A DNA stretch of 63,358 nucleotides, the filler included, from an uncultured Methanosarcinales archaeon (GTDB taxonomy: Archaea; Nanobdellota; Nanobdellia; Woesearchaeales; JACPBV01), in assembly GCA_964492935.1 (NCBI GenBank). It is 5 parts of 5 records of this genome, joined end to end, with 100 filler letters (N's around TTAATTAATTAA, not from the genome) between each part and the next. Parts side by side here need not be neighbours in the genome. Positions count along the whole stretch, not along the records: positions 47,758 to 60,730 come from CAZBLF010000032.1; positions 60,831 to 63,358 come from CAZBLF010000050.1; 3 more parts are not named here. The stretch is one strand, 5' to 3'. This document shows positions 58,350 to 63,358 of the stretch, piece by piece; position 1 is the stretch's first letter; each line of letters starts with the position of its first letter. Under the pieces are notes generated by a model. That model worked only from the letters and a program-made list of their open reading frames with translations. It made no database searches and had not been told where the DNA came from. A program made the position numbers and the translations under genes.

Positions 58350-59998
58350 AGTTTGAGTTCTTTCTTCCAGAAGCTGCAGATCTTTTCTACTTTAGAAGCG
58401 GCTATTCCGGTGTAGTTTTCGGGTTTTTTTAGGATTTCTAGTTGGGTTTTGTTGAATTTTGCTAGATATGGTTTGATTTGCTTGTCTTTAAAGAGCAATT
58501 CGCTAAAGGATTTCTTTGTCTTTTGTGCTTGCAGTGTTAATTCACGCACATACTCATGCGCATCGGGATGGCCATGTGCTGCTAACAGGATATAGGCGGG
58601 TTCTGCTGTGATTAAATCTTTATGGAGATCGAAGTTTCTTTCTAGGTTGGGTTTATCTACCACTAATTTACTCATGGTTCGTTGTAATCGGGTTGTTGAG
58701 AGGTAGAGTCCTGCTAATGATTCTGTTACAAATCTTTGGGAGGCGCTATTGGTTAGATCTCTCTGATGTTCTGAGATTTGATCCATGTAGAGTGTGGACA
58801 TGCGCGGCATGAAGACTTTCCACATGCTCTTTACGTTCTCGAAATTGATGGGGTTTCTTTTGTGGGGCATGGTTGAAGAGCCGACTTGTTTAGCTTCGAA
58901 GAGTTCTGCTACCTCACTTATTTCGGTTCGTTGGAGATTGCGCATATCATCTGCTAGATTTGCTAGGACGCCGAAGCAGCTCGTTACTGAATGCATGAAA
59001 TCTGCGAAGTACTCTGCTTCGACTACTTGAGTGCTGATGGGGCTGGGTTTAAGACCCATTTTAGCTAGAACTTTACGTTCGAAGTCTTCTGGGTCGTCAA
59101 AGAAAAGCGTGGATGCATTGTACGCTCCTACGGCTCCTGCGATCTTTCCTCTTAGGTTTTTTGCAGCTTTTTGTATTTGCTTGATTCTTGATCCTACTCT
59201 TGAAACGTATTGTGCGATGGCGAAGCCGAAGGTGATGGGTTCTGCGTGTTGGCCATGAGTACGTCCAATTTGTAGTGTGTTGCGTTCTCTTTCTGCGAGA
59301 TGGATGAGTGATTGTGTTAATTGTTGGAGTGCTGGGACTAGAATTTCTAGAGCGAAATCCTTGCATCTCGCTGCATCTGCGGTACAGATGATGTCGTGCG
59401 AGGTTGTGGTGAAATGGACGTACGGTTTTGCAGTTTCTGAGACTCTATCTCTGATTGCATTTGCTAATGCTCGGATATTGTGCTTAATTCGATCTTCCTC
59501 TTTGTAGACTTCTTGTGCGGTAATTTGGGTTGCAGCTTTATTGACTTCCCAGGCGATTTCTTTGCTGCAGATTTTCATTTCGGCTAGGGTGTTGGTTAGG
59601 GCTGCCTCAGCTTTTGCTAGATACTGTACGAAGGCTTGTTCGCTCAGGTAGGGTTGCAGCTTTTTCCTTACTTTTTCGTTTCTTCCATAATATCTGAAAT
59701 CTAAGGGTGAGATGGTGTCAAAAAGATCGATACTGGTGTCTTCTCTCTGTTGCTGGTTGTTGAGCATGTTGTCGAGTCCCTTTAGAAGATCGCTTATCGT
59801 GTTTAGGGTGATGACTCTTCTGTTTTTGTCTTTCTTTTCATTGATGAGATTGTGTTTGCTGAAGATATTGATTGCGGTGTGTACTTTTGCGGGTGAAATC
59901 TCTAGTTTATCGGCGATTTCTCTGAGATGGGAGGGGCCTTGTTCTAGTAATTGGAGAATTCTGAGGTTGTGTTTTGTGAATATCTTTTGTATTTCCAT
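58346..59998 (-). CDS. purB: Adenylosuccinate lyase with N-terminal wHTH
   Basis: ISPLDFRY, GRTHGQHA, GSSTMPHKRNP; N-terminal HLREIADKLEIS HTH. Confidence 0.92.
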   Translation of the reverse strand: MEIQKIFTKHNLRILQLLEQGPSHLREIADKLEISPAKVHTAINIFSKHNLINEKKDKNRRVITLNTISDLLKGLDNMLNNQQQREDTSIDLFDTISPLDFRYYGRNEKVRKKLQPYLSEQAFVQYLAKAEAALTNTLAEMKICSKEIAWEVNKAATQITAQEVYKEEDRIKHNIRALANAIRDRVSETAKPYVHFTTTSHDIICTADAARCKDFALEILVPALQQLTQSLIHLAERERNTLQIGRTHGQHAEPITFGFAIAQYVSRVGSRIKQIQKAAKNLRGKIAGAVGAYNASTLFFDDPEDFERKVLAKMGLKPSPISTQVVEAEYFADFMHSVTSCFGVLANLADDMRNLQRTEISEVAELFEAKQVGSSTMPHKRNPINFENVKSMWKVFMPRMSTLYMDQISEHQRDLTNSASQRFVTESLAGLYLSTTRLQRTMSKLVVDKPNLERNFDLHKDLITAEPAYILLAAHGHPDAHEYVRELTLQAQKTKKSFSELLFKDKQIKPYLAKFNKTQLEILKKPENYTGIAASKVEKICSFWKKELKL

Positions 59999-60086
59999 AC
60001 CTGTAGAAAATGTTCACTATTTATAAACCTTTCTAGTTGTTAGATGGTGTAGTGTTCAGTAAAAAAAGAAAAGAAAAAGAGGCTGC

Positions 60087-60305
60087 TTATGCAGCTTTCT
60101 TTGCTTCAGCCTGGTACTTCTCAGCGTCATCTTTGCCAAGTACTCTCCAACATTCGTGGGTTCCAGCTGGTGATTTTGCTACTGCAAAAAATCTGGTTGT
60201 GGTGTTTCCTGTGTTTTCGTTTGTTGAAGTCTTCTCTCGTACTTCAAAATCGCTTGTCTTAAACTTGTCCTTTGTTTTTACGTCGTAAAATTCTACTTCT
60301 GTCAT
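60087..60305 (-). CDS. Chromatin protein CC1 homologue
   Basis: FYDVKTKDKF.T..FEV.EK....FAVAKSP.....WRVLGK resembles Thermoproteales CC1 as recalled (FYDIKAKQ.FETD.YEVIEK...FAVAKSPYTG..YRLLGK). Confidence 0.75.
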   Translation of the reverse strand: MTEVEFYDVKTKDKFKTSDFEVREKTSTNENTGNTTTRFFAVAKSPAGTHECWRVLGKDDAEKYQAEAKKAA

Positions 60306-60469
60306 TTTTTCCACCTACGTTTAGTATATGAGCTTTAGTTTATAGTGCTCCTAAATCCCCTTAATTGATGAAATAGGCCCATTTGGTATATAAACTTTTT
60401 GCAACTTTTAACGTAAAAGGCCAAAAATCAGGGATTTTAGGTTTGTGTAGAATTTGGCGTAGAATGGTG

Positions 60470-60730
60470 TTATTCTGACTTTTCCTTAGCTTCTTCTTTA
60501 GCTTCTTTAGGTTCTTCTTTAGCTTCGGGTTTGGATTCTTCTTTTGATTCTTTAGCTTCAGGTTTTGATTCTTCCTTGGATTCAGCTTTTTCTTCTTTAG
60601 CTTCTTTTGCTTCGGGCTTTGCTCCGTCCTTTGCTTCGCCTTCGCTCTTTTCGCTTGATGGGAATTCGGTGTATCCAGAATGGCCACAGGTTGAACGATC
60701 TTTGTGCTTTGCCATAAAGTAGCCTTTTCC
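60470..60730 (-). CDS. rps27ae: 30S ribosomal protein S27ae, C-terminal part with acidic repeat tail
   Basis: GYFMAKHKDRSTCGHSGYTEF followed by EAKE/ESKP repeats. Confidence 0.85.
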   Translation of the reverse strand, partial: GKGYFMAKHKDRSTCGHSGYTEFPSSEKSEGEAKDGAKPEAKEAKEEKAESKEESKPEAKESKEESKPEAKEEPKEAKEEAKEKSE

Positions 60731-60830
60731 NNNNNNNNNNNNNNNNNNNNNNNNNNNNNNNNNNNNNNNNNNNNTTAATTAATTAANNNNNNNNNNNNNN
60801 NNNNNNNNNNNNNNNNNNNNNNNNNNNNNN
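60731..60830. other. Artificial contig linker
   Basis: N-TTAATTAATTAA-N. Confidence 0.98.
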
Positions 60831-60832
60831 AA

Positions 60833-62806
60833 TCAGATCAGAAGAAGATCATCTTTGTTACCTATCAGAGCAGTAAGAAGCTGATCGAAGGTGCACGTGC
60901 GGTTGATTTCGAATTTGGCCTTACGATTCTTGATGAAGCTCACAAAACAGTGGGCTACCGGGAAAAAAATTTTGCAGCACTGGTTGCAGATGAAAATTAT
61001 CAGACGAGATATCGGATCTTTTTGACTGCAACTGAAAGAGTGCTTAGTGGTCAAAATGATGATGTGCTTTCAATGAATGACAGTGCGGACTATGGGGAAA
61101 CCATCTTTCAGATGACATTTGGACAAGCAATCTCTTCTGATCCTCAAATCATCAGTGACTACAAAATCGTTACGATTGCAGTTTTAGAGACCCGAATAAA
61201 ACAGCTAATGGATGAAAATGCTTCCCTCTTTGAGGAGGGAGGTGAATTTCATTATGCAGAAGCAAAAGATGTAGGTTCGTGTTTAGCGATGCTTGACTTG
61301 TTTGAAAAGCACTCTGGGAAAAAAGCCATATCCTTTCACAGCAGTATCAAACGATCGGAAGATTTCAAAAAGCTTAGTAAAAAAATATGTACATTAACAG
61401 GCACCAGTTCCATAGAACACTATACAGTATCAAGCAAACTTTCATCGGGCAAAAGAGCTTCCGTAGTCAGAGAATTTGCTCAATCCAATCAATCCCTGAT
61501 AACAAATGCTAGGTGTCTTACTGAAGGTGTCGATGTGCCTGCAGTTGATACAGTAATCTTTGCTGATCCCAAGACATCTGTAGTTGATATTGTACAGGCT
61601 TCTGGGAGAGCTTTAAGGCTTCATGAAGGAAAAGAATTCGGGCTCATCCTACTCCCTTTAATTGTCCCTGAGAATTTAGACTTTGATGAATTTGCCGAAC
61701 AAACAGAATTCAGACACATTGCAAGAGTTGTTACCTCGTTGTCAGTACATGATGAAAGGATAGTAGAACAATTTCGATTCATTGACAGAGATGAAGGAGG
61801 TGGTGGGGGAGGAGGTCCATTCATACCTCCAGAAATAGATAAGCAAATAAAAATTAACCTTAATCAATTCAAAGAGTATTTGAATGCTCGGTTATGGAGC
61901 AACATTGGGAGAGCCAATTGGAGACCTTTTGAGGAGGCAAGAGAGTTTGCTAGATCACTAAATTTTAAAGAGCAATCTGCATGGTTTAAATTCTCTAAAA
62001 CAAAAGACAAGCCACCAGACATTCCTTCAGCACCTAGGGGGGTTTATGCTCTTAATTGGATAAGCTGGGGTGACTGGTTAGGAACAGGTTTTTTTGCCAC
62101 TTCTCAAAGGGAGTATATGTCATTTAAAGAGGCAAGAACCTTTGTGAATAAACTTAAATTATCAACATTTCAAGACTGGAGAAAGTATTGTAACGGAGAA
62201 TTCCCTAATCTGATTTCTTTGCCAGATGATATACCAGTAAATCCCCAAAGAACTTACCAAAAAGAATGGATAAGTTGGGGGAATTTTCTTGGCTCACAAA
62301 GAGTAGCGACTCATCTTAAACAATTTCGTGATTTTTATGAAGCAAGAGAATTTGTTAGAAAACTAGGATTAAAATCTGAGAAAGGTGGACGTGACAAGGA
62401 AAAGATTTACATGTCTTGGAGACATTACAAAGCAGATTTGTTAAGAGATAAGATCGGTTCAATACTCTCCGATATTCCTAAAGACCCACTAAAAGCATAT
62501 CCAGATGAGTGGATTAGTTGGCCTGATTGGTTGGGTACATCAACAAAACCTAGAAATCTAGATTATTTATCTTTTGAAGAAGCAAAATCATTTGCATCAA
62601 AACTAGGTTTGCTCGATAGAAATATAGTGAGAGATCCAGAAAAAAGAAAGAATAGCGCTAGAGAAAAATGGAATGACTACTGTCATGGTTGTTACACCGA
62701 CTTGCCAACTAAACCTGTAAACTTACCTGCATCAATTCATTATGCGTATAAGGGTAAAGGCTTTAAAGGATATAAAAATTTCCTTAATGATCCACAAATC
62801 ATCTAG
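60833..62806 (+). CDS. SF2 DEAH helicase (type III restriction Res-like) with C-terminal W-rich repeats, 5' truncated
   Basis: TYQS, DEAH, TAT, LTEGVDVP, QASGRALR; 4x FEEAREF...W.DWLG-like repeats. Confidence 0.88.
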   Translation, partial: SDQKKIIFVTYQSSKKLIEGARAVDFEFGLTILDEAHKTVGYREKNFAALVADENYQTRYRIFLTATERVLSGQNDDVLSMNDSADYGETIFQMTFGQAISSDPQIISDYKIVTIAVLETRIKQLMDENASLFEEGGEFHYAEAKDVGSCLAMLDLFEKHSGKKAISFHSSIKRSEDFKKLSKKICTLTGTSSIEHYTVSSKLSSGKRASVVREFAQSNQSLITNARCLTEGVDVPAVDTVIFADPKTSVVDIVQASGRALRLHEGKEFGLILLPLIVPENLDFDEFAEQTEFRHIARVVTSLSVHDERIVEQFRFIDRDEGGGGGGGPFIPPEIDKQIKINLNQFKEYLNARLWSNIGRANWRPFEEAREFARSLNFKEQSAWFKFSKTKDKPPDIPSAPRGVYALNWISWGDWLGTGFFATSQREYMSFKEARTFVNKLKLSTFQDWRKYCNGEFPNLISLPDDIPVNPQRTYQKEWISWGNFLGSQRVATHLKQFRDFYEAREFVRKLGLKSEKGGRDKEKIYMSWRHYKADLLRDKIGSILSDIPKDPLKAYPDEWISWPDWLGTSTKPRNLDYLSFEEAKSFASKLGLLDRNIVRDPEKRKNSAREKWNDYCHGCYTDLPTKPVNLPASIHYAYKGKGFKGYKNFLNDPQII

Positions 62807-62886
62807 AATGTTCAAACTTAACGATAGGTATGATTATTAGGATCAGACACTACATAAAGATTAGCTAAGACTCTTCTGGGTCTTAT

Positions 62887-63333
62887 TCATCCTTTTAATT
62901 CATCTACATGTTGTTTCCTCACATCAACTCTCATTTCGTGCTGAAGATGAACTTTGTCTGAGAAAAACTTCGGATACATCTTTGCCGCCAACCACTTCCT
63001 CGCATCAATAGAGACTCTCGCAACTTGAGGGTCAATCTTTCCAGACTCCACATCTTCAAGAATTTCCTCAATCTTTGCTGCATGAAAGTGTGCTCGAGAC
63101 ATTTTAGCATCTTCATAAGCTGCTTTCCTTGTATCGTCAATCATGATTGCTGACCAAACCGTTTTAAAAGGGATACCTAGGTCCCTAGATACCCCACGAA
63201 GCGACTCTCCATTTCCGATACGAAAGAAAAACTCGTTCCAAAATTCTTCTCGCTTGAGGGTCCTTTGCCTTTTATCTGAATTTAAGTCAGCATGAGTTTT
63301 TTGGGGATTGATAGGAGTATAATGACAATATTT
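62887..63333 (-). CDS. Phage terminase small subunit-like protein (start unresolved)
   Basis: RIGNGESLRGVSRDLGIP..TV HTH upstream of first ATG; ARVSIDARKWLAAKMYPKFFSDK. Confidence 0.75.
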   Translation of the reverse strand, partial: KYCHYTPINPQKTHADLNSDKRQRTLKREEFWNEFFFRIGNGESLRGVSRDLGIPFKTVWSAIMIDDTRKAAYEDAKMSRAHFHAAKIEEILEDVESGKIDPQVARVSIDARKWLAAKMYPKFFSDKVHLQHEMRVDVRKQHVDELKG

Positions 63334-63358
63334 TCACTCTTATTCGCTAAGCTTCGAT

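Noticed and set aside
1..63358. CRISPR array or cas genes
   Set aside because: No regularly spaced direct repeats or cas genes seen; a CARF-like regulator alone is insufficient.

Overview
Archaeal metagenome-assembled sequence, most likely DPANN (Woesearchaeota-like). This is inferred from split rpoA'/rpoA'', Cdc6, archaeal ribosomal proteins, Dph5 and RtcB/archease, plus bacterial-type zwf/gap. The window is five unlinked contigs joined by artificial N-TTAATTAATTAA-N linkers (17797-17896, 34568-34667, 47658-47757, 60731-60830), with one scaffold gap at 25490-25589. Contigs 1-4 carry housekeeping, central-metabolism and surface-protein genes and show strong strand skew: G/T-rich on + in contigs 1, 2 and 4, reversed in contig 3. 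Contig 5 (helicase plus terminase small subunit-like gene) looks phage-derived or foreign. The main unexplained signal is a dispersed ~120-165 nt intergenic structured element, one copy in each of contigs 1-4. It has conserved motifs, compensatory base changes and near-constant spacer lengths, and it always lies on the G/T-rich strand. Other signals are orphan ncRNA-like regions, three frameshifts in simple repeats, unusual fusions, a voltage-sensor-only protein and a CC1 chromatin protein homologue. All calls come from reading motifs by eye; no database searches were run.
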